From Daphnia carinata (taxonomy: Eukaryota), in NCBI RefSeq assembly GCF_022539665.2, contig NC_081333.1, positions 1,984,001 to 2,048,000 on the forward strand: DNA of 64,000 nt, given 5' to 3'. Below the pieces are notes generated by a model. The model saw only the letters and a list, made by a program, of their open reading frames with translations, had not been told where the DNA came from and did no database searches. Every line of letters begins with the position of its first letter. The stretch's first letter is position 1. Positions 50,001 through 64,000 of the stretch are shown piece after piece. The position numbers and the translations under genes are program-made.

Positions 50001-53000
50001 CCCGACCAGATTCCAAGAGAATGGAAAAGAAAAAAAAAAAACGTTTTTTTTCTGCGGCGCTGTCAACCTGTTACAACAAATAAGACACGCCTTGTTTTTT
50101 TTTTCTTTGGAACGCTGCGATGTGGTCATTTCCTTCTAAAATTGTGTACGGTCTTCGAGAGATGCGGAAGACATTCCAGACATTTCTCTCGACAAAGTTC
50201 AGGTTATAAACGACGTGAGAACCGACAGGTAAAAATCCGATCGTATTTTGTCTATTGATACGCTTCGAAGTCACGAGCTTCACTAATGAAAAAACCCTAT
50301 ATCTTTTTTTTTTCAACGGAATATCGCCATTAGCTGGAGGGCTTCATGTTGATTTGTTTAATAGACGTTCTCATTACTAAGTAACTTCCTTTTCATACCA
50401 GTGGTAGCTTTCAAAACGGGGAGAGAGTGGCATCGGCCAAAAGATTTTGAATTTCTTATACACAATTTCTTGGGTAATGTCAGTACACATATCGCTTAGG
50501 GCCATGTATTATTCTTTTATATACAAACAAACTGTGTGTGTGTGTTTTAATTCTTTTAAGCTCATCGGTATGTACAAACAGCATGGGGTTATCTTCGTTC
50601 ATACTTTGATACTTTCAAGGCAGTCGATTCCGTTCTAATTGGCTGTGAAGTCTTTGAAGTATGATGAAGACAAAAGGTATAAAATCACGAGTCACACAGA
50701 CGCCGAACAGGGCCGCGTATCGACAATAGAAGCCGAAATGGTTTTCTAATTTAAAAGATAGCTGGAAGAGTTAGCGCTACGTCACGCTCTGGATTAACAG
50801 GAAGCCATTTTTTGTTGTGTGTGCAATTTTTATTTATTCTTTTTTTTTCTAATTTAAATAAATGAAAAATCATCAGCGCTAAAGTCGGCCCAGCTAAGTC
50901 AAACGCCCCGTGTAAACGTTTAACCGTGACTGGCCGTTAGAATCAGTCTTCATTATTCTAAACGGAGATTTAAAACTGCGTGACGACCCAGTTTTTAACA
51001 TCACATTCTCCTATAGGACTGTCGATGTAATGTAGTGGTATGGCCACCACGGCCCAGCAGCACGGCATTCTAACAGACAGTACAGTTATATGTAAAAAAT
51101 AAAATAAACTGAATCGTTTGTTATTCATTCTATGGGATTGTTAGACTTTCCTCAACTAGAAAATCTTGGCCGTACGTTTTTTTTTTCTTCGTTCACGACT
51201 ACGCCAACGTCAACTGTTCTACCTGTTGGGTTTTTGGAACGTCTTTGGGTGCAAAGAAACGAGACGTCCAGCTGGTAGGATTCGTCACAGCATCCATCGG
51301 ATGCATTCCAATTCGTAAGTAATGCTACGTGTTTTGTTTCTTTCCGTTCAGAGTTGCGGCAGATTTGAGAATGAAACATCAATATTCTAAACACGGATTT
51401 CCTTTGACTGTATGACTTCACTATCGCTGAATAAAATAAACAAATTTTTTAGATTTTGGTGACTGTGCGTTTTTATTTTCCTACGAAGGCTCACCGAAAT
51501 TGGTAGTACCGTGTTTCGTTCAGGAAAGAATAGAAAAAAGGAAAAATTCTTAATTGATAAGAAAAAGAATTTAACGAGCAAATGAAACCTCAAGTAATAA
51601 CTCGCGTGCTCTTCATTTTCGGCTGGCTCTGCATAGACTCTACAGTTTTTTTCATTAGCATCTGGTCAGATATGGCCGACATTCGAATGAAAGAATCTAA
51701 CCCATCATGAATTTTTCGTGGCGCTGTTGCGGCTGTGGAGCACCAACGGTAATAATTGCATGTTCCTCGCGGGGGGGATGGGTCCCTTCGTTAGCCTCAA
51801 ACTGATGGAGCGGAGTGAATCTGGCGCAGCAATTGAAAGAGGGGAGGAAAAACAAATCAGGTTATACACGAGCCTCGAATGTTTATAAAAAAATAGTCAC
51901 ATAAAATAAGAGGCTTAACTCCCAAACGAACGTTGCCCATTGTTAAAGCTAACCAGTATACCAGTACTCGTCTACGTTATGCTCTCCTACACACAGATAT
52001 TGCAATAAAACAAACATTCGTGTACACTTCCATAGAATTAAGCCAATCAAATATTACACCTATTCAACCCAGTTATAGAAAACGTTGAAGGTATTCCAGA
52101 TATCCAGAATCTAATGTCCGAGGGACTGAATGAACGCTCGAGTTTCAGGTGGAAATTGTGCAGCATCGTGTGTGTTGTATCATTTTCCCATCACGCACAT
52201 AGCCGTTTGTTATACAGCACACAGAGCACGTCGCTAACAACCAAACTTCTTTTACTTCCTGCCATAGAGGCAAACATTGGCGGACATCAGCGATTGGGTT
52301 GTTTAGTTTTCATTCAATTTGAACGTGCTACGCGATTTCAAAATATAGTGCCAGGACGGACCGTATGTGCTCTCTTGTTTTATCTATACGGGTTGTTCAC
52401 AGTTGGTTGATACTCTGCGGCTTGCCGTTGCGGAGATTCTCAGGTGCGGCAACCCGCAACAGTCTCATCGGCAAGCCTCTAGTGCGAATCGGCCATGGAC
52501 TTTTGCTAGCGCCTTTGAGCTGTTAAACCATGTAGAAAACAGGACGCGCTACGGCGAAACGCAACTGTTACCTTTCCGAATATACCGGTACGCATGTAAG
52601 ACTGAATTGACCCAAACAAACTGTTAATCCCAATCGGAATTCTTTCCAGTTCGATGGACACACAAAAAGAAAATTCGGGTTTCATAACATCAGCCGTGGC
52701 ATTCATCATCGATGTAGGCTAGCCCAGTTTCGAACGTCATTGTATTGTACACAATCCGCACACACAAACATTCCGACTTTTGTTTGCCCGTGAAAGGACG
52801 GCCAAGAATCCTAGCCAAATGTGATATCAAAAACTGCGCTTTGGTTATAGGAGGCCTCGAGGGTGGAAGAAACGAAAAGATTTATGCGAACAATGATCGG
52901 TTCGTCTGGGTATGTACGTGGCAACAACAAAAGCCTATACAAGTGTACATACCTGATGCTATGAGGTATAGAGACCCTCGGGTGCAGGTTTGAATCACAG

Positions 53001-56000
53001 GCTTATAACGGGGATTCGATTTTCTTTCGAAAGAAGAAGAAGAACCCTGAAGCAGACGTGAAGCTCTCACTCCCGCTGCGATTTGTTACGCCATTATGGT
53101 TATTTATCGACATGTCCCTTACACTTACAGCTAAAGCATACAAACGTTTGGCGGTGTAAATGATAGATAAAATACATATATATATATATTCTTAGAATTA
53201 TAGACCTTTGTGAAAGTTTGAACCCTCAAAACGCACGGTGATTGAGCTGCGTTATAACCGATCGTTGGCCGTTTCACTATCGCCAGCCCACCATCTTCAC
53301 AAGCGAATAATGCATCGGTTGTTGAGAAGCTAAAATTATTCGGCGGGATTTTTCAGGTGTCACGCTGCATCGGTTTGACCATAATAATATTATTCCTTGT
53401 CCATTAGAAATACAGTATAACTGTGTAGCGCATCGTAAACATCAACGTCACATGAGAAACACCTAAAGATGGCCACTCTTTTTTGTTTTGTTTTTCTTAC
53501 GGATTGTCGTATTTCCTGTATTACCACATTATAAAAAAAATCACGCCCGAAACACGGCGTGTAATCACACTAACTGGGTGTAACGCTGTAACAACATGTC
53601 GACCATCGCGACCCCGTTGAGTTTGTTGTTTTATTCTGTTTGCCTCGTTCAGCATAAAGATCCATGCACGTAATGAACAACAGCAAGTTGACGAACGATT
53701 CGAATCAACTAATAGTTCATTACAATTATTAAAAGAAACTAACTGTTCGCGCATTCGATAGCTGTTTCATTTGCGTGTTTAATAAGCATAAAAACAACGA
53801 CTGGAATGACTGCCAGTTCGTTCAACCTGATGCTGGATCAGAAATGACCCGTCTTGTTGAAAAAGTCCGTCTTAATCGGATAAACAACTAACCGCACACA
53901 CACACACACAAAAAAAAATGGAATTCCAGAAAATCTGCACCACTTGCCAGATTGCTCACGAACAGCAAATAGCGTTATGCATTGTACATTTTTTTTTTTT
54001 TTTGTTATTTCTCTATAGCTCTTGTTCTGGTTTACCGCTTCAAAACTTGATAGAAAAAAGCAAAACAAAATTGCCTACAGATGGCCGAACGAGTTGCTGA
54101 AAAAAAAAAAATGAAAACAAAAAAAGACGAGGAAAATAAACGAAGATGCACATCATTAGGCGTGCGAGAGTAATCAGACGAACTCACAGATCTGAAAAAA
54201 AAAAAAATACAACTAATAATATGTAGGAAAGAGTACCGTATAGCATCGAGCTGTTGGCCGAGGCAATTGGGCATTCAGCTATACGCGTCCCGAACGTGAT
54301 TCTTTGTCCAGCGAGAAAAATCCGCTAACTGGGGAACGGTCAGCTCGTGGTTTATTGCAATAAAGAATAGGTGTACTGGCAAACGAGGAAAATGTGAATT
54401 GCGGCAATGAGACGGAACAAACGCAATTGATTTGCGCCGCTGGCCGATGGGATTCTCCACCCGCCGATCTATTCTGATTTTTCAAAGTAGATGTTTCTTC
54501 TCTTTGATCTTGCGCAATGAAGCTATATAGCGTAGTTGCATATCGATCGATAATCAATGCAAATTACATTGAACGTGCAACATTCGCCTTTATAGCGCTT
54601 CTTTGCCGCACGCCGGTCGAAACTCTTTTTCAAGTAGGAAGAAGAGCGATCGGATCCGGTTGAAAGGAGATGCTGAATTTTCCCGATGATGTGAACTGAG
54701 AATAAATAATAAGAGAGTCCATCGAAGAGAACAAAAAATGCAACAGGTCTCTCCACAGTTGTCGAGACGAAAGGCCCCCGCAAGCAAATCATCCAACGGA
54801 ATAGCCAATGGAAGGATGGACGCTTCTCAAACACAACATACGTGGACACACACACACACACACACACACACAAACCACCACCCGGAAGTCTTTTTCCCTT
54901 CCTTTTTTTTCGTCTGTGTGTGTGTGTGTGTGTTACACCCTGGTTGGTGATTCACGGTGCGTTGAACACGTATTAAAAAAAAAAAAAAAAAAAAAAACTC
55001 CGTAAGGCTCTCGACCGCTTATGCCATGGGAACGTATCGTTCTTGTTTTCGTTTTTTATATTCCGCTTTTTTTTCTCACTTTCCACGCGTCCAGCTGATG
55101 TTTCAGACAAGACTACTACTCTTTTCACACTGGGAAAAAGTCTGTAACAAGTTCAGGCTCCACGTCTCTAACGTTTTTTTCGGCTCTTCCTGTTTGACGT
55201 GTTGGCATTTCGCTCGCCACATTCCAATCTCATTTCAACTGACATCATCGAGAAATGTACGAATTATTATTTTTTTTTCCTTTAAGACATCACGCGGACT
55301 AGATCACGCTGAGCTTTGAATTAAGAAAAGCCGATGTGAACAGATGCACGAAAGCGCACCATTCATCGTATCAAGTATGGTCCGTTTTGTCCGGGGCCAT
55401 CATTTGTCTAGACGCGGAGTTTGAAACATTCCTTTTAGATTCGCCAAGTGTTTTGCGCCACCTGTACGGACTAATCATGTTTTTTTTTTTTTTTTCGACT
55501 TATTGGCCAGCGTGTGCAACATGCTGCTGGGCGCACTAAAAAAAACGAAAAGAAAAAAAAAGGCGACGGTCAAGGCTGGTATAATAACCAGTGAGGCGAA
55601 AGTCCGCTAGAGCTCTCTTCTCCGCCTCGAGGTAAAAACGTCTCATCGTCTTCAATTGTTTTTTTTCCTCCTTTTGCAGCTCCTCCCACGTCCGCAGGGG
55701 CTTTGCACCTGCAGCTGTTTTTTTTTCTTCGAAGACGGCTTGAAACGGTTCATACACCTAGCAGCGGCATCGAATAGTGGCAGTCTTCTTCGGATCGCTT
55801 CGACCGGTGCAAGTGTTTTCTAGCAGCTCCCCTCAAGTCTCATCTGATTTTTACGCTCCTCGTCCTTTGCATTTACCTTCGTTTTTTAAATTATAAGTTC
55901 TTCAATTTCGGTTTGTTCATTTCTGCCTATCTCCTTCGTACGGAGTACGATTCTACACGTCATCAAACCAATCGGATCGCCTTCAGCTCGTCATTTGTTT

Positions 56001-59000
56001 TTATTCAAAAGGTAAGAAGTACTTTGCCTTGTGCGTTATACCAGTTTGGGATGTTCTTATTCAAAAGTACCGTACGTAACACAGCCATACCTTTTTTTGG
56101 GGGGATGACATGAGGTACCAGAAAACACGAGACTGACCCGCTATTTCTTAATTCTTATCCCTCCCCCTCCCGGTGGCGTAAATCTTATTACGTTTTTGTG
56201 TGTGTGTGTGTGTGTGTGATGAAACTGGACCTTAGGGGTGGGGATCGAAAAGAACCTGTTTAACTCTCTCAGGTTAGTAGTAAAAGAATGTCGATTGATT
56301 TCCGCCTCCCCGACAAAGATTGAGAGAATTTGGGTCACAACTTGACTTCTGGACACATTGTTGCTGGGACGATCATCAGAAGATGAGTCGAAAGAATCAA
56401 AAGAAAAAGAAAAAAGGTGGGAGGGTATGGAGGGTAAGATGGTATAAGCACTTGAGGGCTTCAACGCATATACCTTTTCTCAGGTACAAGTAGTCATCAA
56501 CATTCCTCTCGATTGTTGTTGAAAGGAGCTCTATGATTATACCGGTGGTGTATTTACGTATGCAATCCCGCGGCATCGTTCAGCTTCTTATTTTTGAATT
56601 TAACAAAAGAATGACGAAACATAATAAAAAAAAAAAAATAAGGGGAATTTTAAGTTTTTTTTACGTTGGGATGTAAGAAGCTTTAGAAAGAAAAGGTTAT
56701 CCAAATAACCCGGTACGAACAGAGAGCCATTTAGTTATCGTCGTTGGGTTTTTTTCTTTTTTAGGTCAGGATTGTAAGACTCAAATGTCCATGCAGAGAG
56801 AGAGAGGGTGGGTTAAAACCATTTTTTTTTCTTTAAAGAAATAAACATACGAGAAAGCATTCCTCAAGCGTGTCGTCGCAGGGTCTTTCACAAGTGCCGT
56901 TAGCCCTTGGATAGAAGCAAAAAGGAACCCTCTGTTATTTTCTTCTATGTTCCTTCTTTTTTTCCCTTCTTTTCTACTGACACAAACACGTACATCTTTT
57001 TTGGCTTTTATAACAAGGTGCGTGTACGCTTCTCTATAGGTCTTCCATTTTTGTATTCCAACCATATTTTTTTTTTTTCAGATTTGGTTTGGCTCCCTTC
57101 TTGTTTCGCCCTCTTCCCAGTGGCTCGTTTATTTCAAGTTTCTCAGATCTCGATAGGCTATAGTTCTGCATTTCTATGCTGTTGTATCGGTCCGGCGCTA
57201 CGAAAAGCCAACGGTACCTGCAAAGGTACCGGTGTAATATTGCGGAAGATTCTTCTCCCTTCCTTGTGCGTATCTTTTGAAAAAAAAAACAAAAAAAAAC
57301 AATCCCTGAAAGGTAAGAAGACACTCTAGCAGGTAGCCATCTTGATTGAAGATAGGGAAGGGGGGGGGTTGTTAACCGTTAGGGGGAGAAGGAAGACATA
57401 CTGAAAATGTGAACTGAAAACGATTTTTGCGTGTTATATAGTTCTAGGGCTTTGAGTCATCTATACCTGACGTGTGGTACGGTCATTTACCTTATGGGTG
57501 GAGCAACGTTGGGTGTTGTGCTTCTTCAACTTTTGTTTAACGTTTTTTTTTTTTTTTTTTTTGCTCTCATCAACAACACAGAAATTGACTCATTCTCTTT
57601 GTGTACACGACAGATAGGCCGAAAAACAAGAATGACTAAACTAACTTGAGTTGAAACTAGAAAACAGGATTACAAAATTATTGCCTTTTTATGGCAACGA
57701 GCGGACAGAAAAAAAGAACTGTCAACGAAGCAACGGAATCGCTAAAAAAATGTCGGTCGCGCCAGCCGGTTTCTGCATAACTGTTTGTGTCGGCCCTCAA
57801 AGTCCAGAACACCAACCTGTTGCCATAAAGATTGAAAAGAATATCCAATTAGATGAGAAAAACGAAAAGCAAAGGAGAGGTTTTTTTTTTTTTTTTAAGA
57901 GATCACGAAAGATCGTGATGATTGTTGATGATCTTCACGACGAATTGGCCCCGTGCACATCCGTTCGAGCGTCTAAGTGACTCCCGCCAGTCCATCGCGT
58001 CATTCACGAAGTGGAAAGGACGACGACGACGACAAAAAAAAAGTGAGGGTGGGTCAGAGGAAAGGGCCAGATTACACTTGACACTCTTATCTTTTCTTAA
58101 CTCCATCGTGACATCGACACGAAATGTAAAAACCAAACAGTAATACGAAGGCCCCAAAGTTCAGGGTTGACGTTATCAAAAAAGGTCAAACTTGCTTCTT
58201 TTGATCGTGAACTTCCTCATCGTCCCTGTGGCATTGTCGCATTAGCGTGATATTCACGTCGCTCTTTAATCCAATTCTAAAAAGAACACTTTCATTACAA
58301 CTAAACACGAGTCCTTTTCTTTCTTTCTTTCTTTTTTTTTTTTACTCACTTGTCTTGTCTTTTGAAAATTGATCTTTAAAACAGGGAAATAAATCGGCTC
58401 GTTGCTCTCGCCAAACGACTCTCGCAAGATTACGAGGTGTAAAGCGGTTACGTGTTTTACCTGCACCCGATGGTCTTTCCGGATGTACAAACCTTGACCG
58501 TCAAAAGCTCTCTGACTTTGAACAAGTTATATATACATTTTTTTTTTAAATCCCGACAGATTGTGCGTCTGATTAGCGAGCGACCATTTTTGTTCTTTTA
58601 CATTTCGCATCGCGGAAGGAGCGAAGCGAAACCGTTGGTTTTATTTCAAACGGGTCTCGAATGTTCAGACGCATGGAACCCGGAAAAGAAGAAGACTGAG
58701 ATTATTAAATGATTACTTTTTGTCTAGCAGCACGGCTGCTAGCGCATCTGGCAAGCACGGCCGCCCTAAAGGTTCCATGAACCGGTGCGCGTCAATTGTT
58801 TTTCTGACGTCAGCGCCAGGACGTCCACTGCGTTCCCAGTTTCTGTCCAGCCATATATATTTTTTGTTCAACCTGTTCCAACTCTTTTCTTTTTTTTTTT
58901 TTTTTTTTTTCACAAGGCGTTGACATAAAAATGTTTTCCTTTCTATTAGTCGATCGTCTTTTATTTTTCTTCCCATGCTTCCCATCAGGCTGGACAAACT

Positions 59001-60962
59001 CCTTCGTGTCTCCCCTTTTTTTTTTTGTGGTCGTACCATCGAACCGCACGCTGTTGGCCGCAACAAGTTCTTCATCCCGTTCTTTTTGACAATATCTGAC
59101 AGCGTCTATTCACCTGACTCTTTTTTTTTTCATTAACAAGCGTCCATTGCCCAAGAAATCTGAAATGAACGAAAGGCCAAAAGAATTGCTGTTGTCTGCA
59201 ATCACCTTGTTAGTGGAAAGATGTACAGTTACGCGTGTGGTCCACTGCTGTTGCGGATGCTGCTCAGTGGACCGAAACGACCCGCATTTCGTCGATTTCG
59301 AACTCATTGTTTTTAATGCGCAATGTCATTGTTCTTTCACGAGCATCTTCGTTTCGTTTCTTTTCACCTTGCGAGGGTGGGAAAATTGTAACTGGTCATC
59401 ACCGGTTTACCACGGTGGACGTTCTCTTGTGCATCACGATGGCAACAGGTGCGTTGGCCGAACGCTAGTGGCCGTGCACAGCGGAAACCGTTAACTTCCA
59501 TGTCTGTCTTGCAACCGAACCAAACGAAAAAAAAACTAGTTAACTTTTAGATTCCTTTTTGTTTTATTAACCTTGTGTTTGTGATGATATCGCAAACAGA
59601 CGATGTCCAACAGGTCCCTGTTTTTCGGAGGGACTCGAGAGATTTTCACAACAATTAAGAGGTAATCGAAGGGCTTTCCCAATCACACAAGAGATAATTA
59701 AAGTGTGACTATGGTCTGATCGTTGGATTCAAATGAATTTTTGTTTTTAATTGTATACGGGTCGTTATTCGTTTAGCAAATAATGACCATAGACTCACGA
59801 GAAAGTGCACGATATCCAACACTTTATTTTTACATTTTCCACCTTGAAAAATTTTTGCTCGTAAAATGTGCGTTTCCTTTTTTTTTGTTTTCAACAGCAA
59901 GTTCAAGAAAGAAATATACCGTTGCGGAACCGCGAGTTGTAAAAACTCTCTCTCTAACCCACACACTCTCTCGCCACATAACTCCCTCCCCCCCCCCCCA
60001 GTTCACCTGAAGGCAATCTCACGTGAACGCCGTACCACCAGTCCTGTTGCTGGGGCCCTTTTTCTTTTACGCCGTGAACTTTTTGAACTATGATTATCCG
60101 ATCGTTTACAATAAAAAAAAAAAAAAAAAAAGAATTGGAAAGGGGAAAAAAAAATTGGCGATAGTGTCGTGTACACGCAATAAGCGACACCGTGCGTCAT
60201 TAGTTTCCGTTCGAAATGGGGAAGGAAGGAAAGACACGAAGAACACAAAACAACATCCGTTTTCGTTATTCCGACGACGATTTTTGGTCAGTGCTTCCGG
60301 GCATCCGCTTGTTATCTTCACTTCCTTTATAGCAAAACCCGCTAAAGAGACAACGAGTAAAATGAATGAATTCACGACCGTGCGCTGCGTAGCAACGAAC
60401 CCGAAAAGGCTCAGCAAGTTTAATCACGTTCTTCTTTTCGATTAGAATTTCATTGTTTTTTTGTTTTTTTTTTCGATTGACAAAACACTTTTGGCTGGAT
60501 GAACACGACCCTAAATCGCGTTGCCATCGCCTCTTCTTTTAGTCCGTTAACGGCTGACCGGCTTGTTCCATCTGGCCGGTCAATCGGGCCATCAGCTTGC
60601 GTCGCACCGCAGGGGGTTTCCGCCATTTGCACGACGTCATGACGTCATAACGTGGCAAAATGATGATGCCCCCTCCGATTGTCATAAGAAAACTGAAAGT
60701 GCATTGATCCAAACGGCAGGTGGCCAGCTGGTGAAATGGCCTGCCCATCTGCTTCGCCGATGTTTTCAAATAGAAACGCCCATTGCGCTACACAGTTAAA
60801 CTAACCAATTTCCTTTTTTCTCATTGCCATTTTCGCAGGATCGCCATTTGCTAGCAAAAACAATCTACCGCATCTCTCACGTTGCTGCGTGCGTTGGGCA
60901 GCGGATTCCAAAAAAAGGGACGTCGAACGGAGCCTTCACTACCTTCTAGATACTCGGGAATA

Positions 60963-63900
60963 ATGAAAAGTCGGGGGTCGACAACCATGCCAGCTCTGAT
61001 GGCTCTGCTCTTCGCCGTCCTTCAGGTAAGCCATCATCCAATTGAAGGCCTGTAAATAACTATGCAAATGTGATGTTGCCTTTCGGTTTTTTTTTCAACG
61101 GGGCTATTTTTTTTTTAAAACTCGATGGCTTAAAGGAGATGTGCTGATAGGGTCGAAACAGCTGCACATACAAATGGCCGCATTGGCCGCAATTGTTATT
61201 GAGGAGCTTTTGTCGGGGCTGCTATAAATTTTGCCGGAGAGCCAAACGTGACGTAAATGAGATGGGCATTTCATGCAGACAAATCAATCGGTTTATTTTG
61301 CATTTTTAAATGTAAGGATTACAGACAAAAAGGAATTATCTTAAAGCGATTTAAACAAAACAAAACAAGAGGGATTGAACATCAATTGCTGCTGTTCGAC
61401 TCTCTTCATTCACGAAGCAAAAAAAGCGCAAAAAAAAAAAAGACTGAAAAGCTGGGATCGGCTTCTAGGAAATAAAGCCGTGAAATTCATTTGAATATAT
61501 TTCTACACGTTCAAGTCTGTAAATTACATTCGTTGCTGGCGGGCTCCGTGACAGCGGACTCCATCGTCGCTTTTTTTTTTTTTTCAAGTTACACGTTGTA
61601 CTCTGCGGCTGATATGTTCTTAACGGTATACCCATGTTACGAGCAAAAAATGTGACTTGCCCGTCTGCTGTGCCAAGGGATGTACATATCCGCCGGCTCT
61701 CGATTCTACGCCTCATCGAACATAAGCCCTGGGAAGGGGAAAAATCTCTTTTTTTTTTTAAACTAACGGCTGTCGAATGAAAGAGAAAAGAAAGGGACTT
61801 ATTTTTTAAATCGTTACTGTATGTGGCTTTCATGGGAAACGGCCGTGACAATCAGGGAATGCGGATAGGGAAAGGAGAAGGCGGATGAAAGAGGAAGTTA
61901 CAGGTAAAATGCAGTTAGGTATTTTTATTCTGCGGTCGTCAGGATTGCATGTCTCTGTATTTAATATACCCAGCCTATTCTTGTTGAGACCATTTGAGTA
62001 AAAGCGATGGTCACTGCACTTGCTTCGGCATTTCCGATGAAGAAAATGTTAACTGTTTTTTTCTTTCTTTACACAGCCATGTGTCGTATAGTTTGCAACG
62101 GTATTCACGTCTATTTTCAAAATGCGGTCTACCGATTTTTCTGATTTCTTTTATTTGCCTTTGCTGTGGGGACTCGAGGTGGGCAAACATTCCATTCAAA
62201 AATAACGACGAGTCACTGCCCACGCGAAAAAAATGAGATGGCGTGTTAATAGCGAATAAGGAAACCCCAACGAAAAAAAAACGAGTGGCCGAACGAAGAA
62301 TGTGAATGAACATCAGCAAGAGCTGCAGCTTTTTTTTTTTTTTTTTTTTTATATGTTAATGTCCTATATAATATTTTTTTAAACAAATGCTTTTAATCTT
62401 TGGTGGACCGAGGATGGGCCAAAAGGTCACAGCCTCGGCTTTTGGGTATCAGCAACGCCTTATCGCGTGCACCACCCGCGTTTCACCTTTCATTTTTTTT
62501 GTTCCCCCTCTTACCTGAATCATCTCGCCCGTTGGGATCGTAACACCCATTCAACAGCTTTGCATTCCGGAATGTTGAACAACAGCCTTATCAAAAATTT
62601 GCAGGACGATTCAACTCGATCTACCTCTTGTAATTATAGAGAATTGATGCACAAAAAGATCCAATCTTCATTTCTATTTGAAAGGGAGTCTTTGTGTACA
62701 TCTACCAGGAACTTGTTTCAAGCCAGGGCCAACAAAAAAAAAAAAGAGTCAGCCATTTGCAAATGCAGTGGATCGTAGTATATGTACAACAGTTTGGAAC
62801 ATTGCTCACGTAAAACAATAAAGCTCTACCCAACGGGAGAGCAGCTAATGTTTTACGACTTTGCATTTGACGCTGTCGTGAATAAGAGAGCGTGCGCACG
62901 CTCGCGTCGCCGCCCCGCAACAATGCCCGCCATTTGCAGTAGACCGTGCAGATTGGGTACACGAAATTTAAAAAAAAAAGAAGGAAAGAGAGTTCTACTT
63001 TTATTATTGTAGACACCCCGTGACGGTTGATTCATATTTCGTGTGTTTTTTACGACGACAAAAGTTTAGTCTTCACGAAGGTTATAGCCCTTTTCTTCTT
63101 TGAATCTATCCTCTTTCTTAAACTCTGTACAAACAACAGCAGCCTCTTTTAATGACGTCATTATGATTGAATTTTTATTTTTTTTTTTAAGGAAACAATC
63201 GCAGTTAGAAGAATAACACTTGAATTTGATTCGTTATTAGGTGAGCGTGGGCCAGAATGCGCTCGGTCAGGAGCCGTGGCAACAGGAACGGCCTCAAAAT
63301 CTGCCGCAAATTCAGAATTTGGAGGTGATGTGCGCCAAGGATCACATGGAAGTCCAGCTGTCTTTCGACAAGCCCTTCACCGGTTTGGTCTTCTCCAAGG
63401 GCCAGTTCGGCCAGGACAACTGCATCTACGTCCAGCCGAAATCCGGCCGCAACAATTTCCGCTTCTCCATCATCTACAACGGCTGCGGAACCAAGCCGGA
63501 CGCCAAGGGCAAATTCTACGAGAACACGGTCGTCGTCCAGTACGACGAGGAGCTGATCGAAGTCTGGGACGAGGCTAAACGTCTCCGCTGCGAGTGGTAC
63601 AACGACTACGAAAAGACGGCCACCAAACCGCCTATGGTCATCGCCGATCTCGAAGTGGTTGAACTCAACTTCAGAGGTTCATTTTCTTATTAATTTATGA
63701 CACTTTAGTTCTAAAAAAAATTAACTCAATTTATATCCCTGCATATTCACAGGTGATAACGTCGACTGTTGGATGGAGATTCAAAACGGGAAAGGACCTT
63801 GGGCCAGCCCAATCAGTGGCATCGTCCCGCTCGGTTCCACTCTGACAATGGTCGTGGCCATCAACGATCTAGCGGGTAATATTATTTTTTTATTATTATT

Positions 63901-64000
63901 CCCATTCAAAATGATAGTCACTGAGCAATTTCTTTTATTCACATCGGGTCACTGATTTTCTAGGTGAGTTCGACATGCGCGTCAAGTCATGCGAAGCCTC
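60963..64000 (+). CDS. m: ZP-domain protein, miniature-like (5' part; continues beyond window)
   Basis: Exons 60963-61025 (MKSRGSTTMPALMALLFAVLQ; start could be the ATG at 60987), 63241-63676, 63753-63875, 63964->64000. ZP motifs VMCAKDHMEV...FYENTVVVQYDEELIEVWDEAKRLRCEWYNDYEKTATKPPMVIADL...GDNVDCWMEIQNGKGPW...GEFDMRVKSC match my recollection of Drosophila Miniature. Acceptor at 60838 implies an upstream non-coding exon (candidate donor at 56011/56012). Confidence 0.85.

Noticed and set aside
54846..54933. Inverted (CA)n / (TG)n pair able to form a hairpin
   Set aside because: Such microsatellites are abundant in both orientations; flanks do not extend the pairing.
15126..61627. Ovo/Shavenbaby-type ACCGTTA sites (15126, 17769, 19558, 24849, 48072, 57375, 59487, 61621) and Grainyhead-like AACC(G/T)GTT sites near the ZP genes
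   Set aside because: Biologically plausible, since miniature is a known Svb target in Drosophila, but the count is near chance expectation (~6) for this much sequence.

Overview
Eukaryotic, arthropod-like (probably Daphnia/cladoceran; inferred) genomic window with many homopolymer and (CA)n runs. Two tandem + strand zona pellucida (ZP) domain genes resembling dusky (CDS 17499-26313) and miniature (60963 to beyond the window end) flank a ~19 kb island. The island holds (i) a ~14.6 kb higher-order tandem array (alternating ~2.7 and ~3.4 kb units) carrying five copies of an unrecognised ~339-nt structured minus-strand RNA gene with a PSE/TATA-like (type-3 Pol III) promoter and oligo-T terminator, ten intron-containing tRNA-Ile-type genes/pseudogenes in convergent pairs, three tRNA-Arg-body genes (one well folded with a CAT anticodon) and an AT-rich foldback repeat; and (ii) four paralogous spliced genes for secreted prepro-proteins ending in a six-cysteine CFWSGTSPFC...CC module. 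The dusky-like 3' UTR has a strongly strand-biased GAC enrichment. The rest (1-16.6 kb, 47-60.8 kb, introns) appears non-coding. All coordinates, folds and counts were made by eye; no database searches were run.
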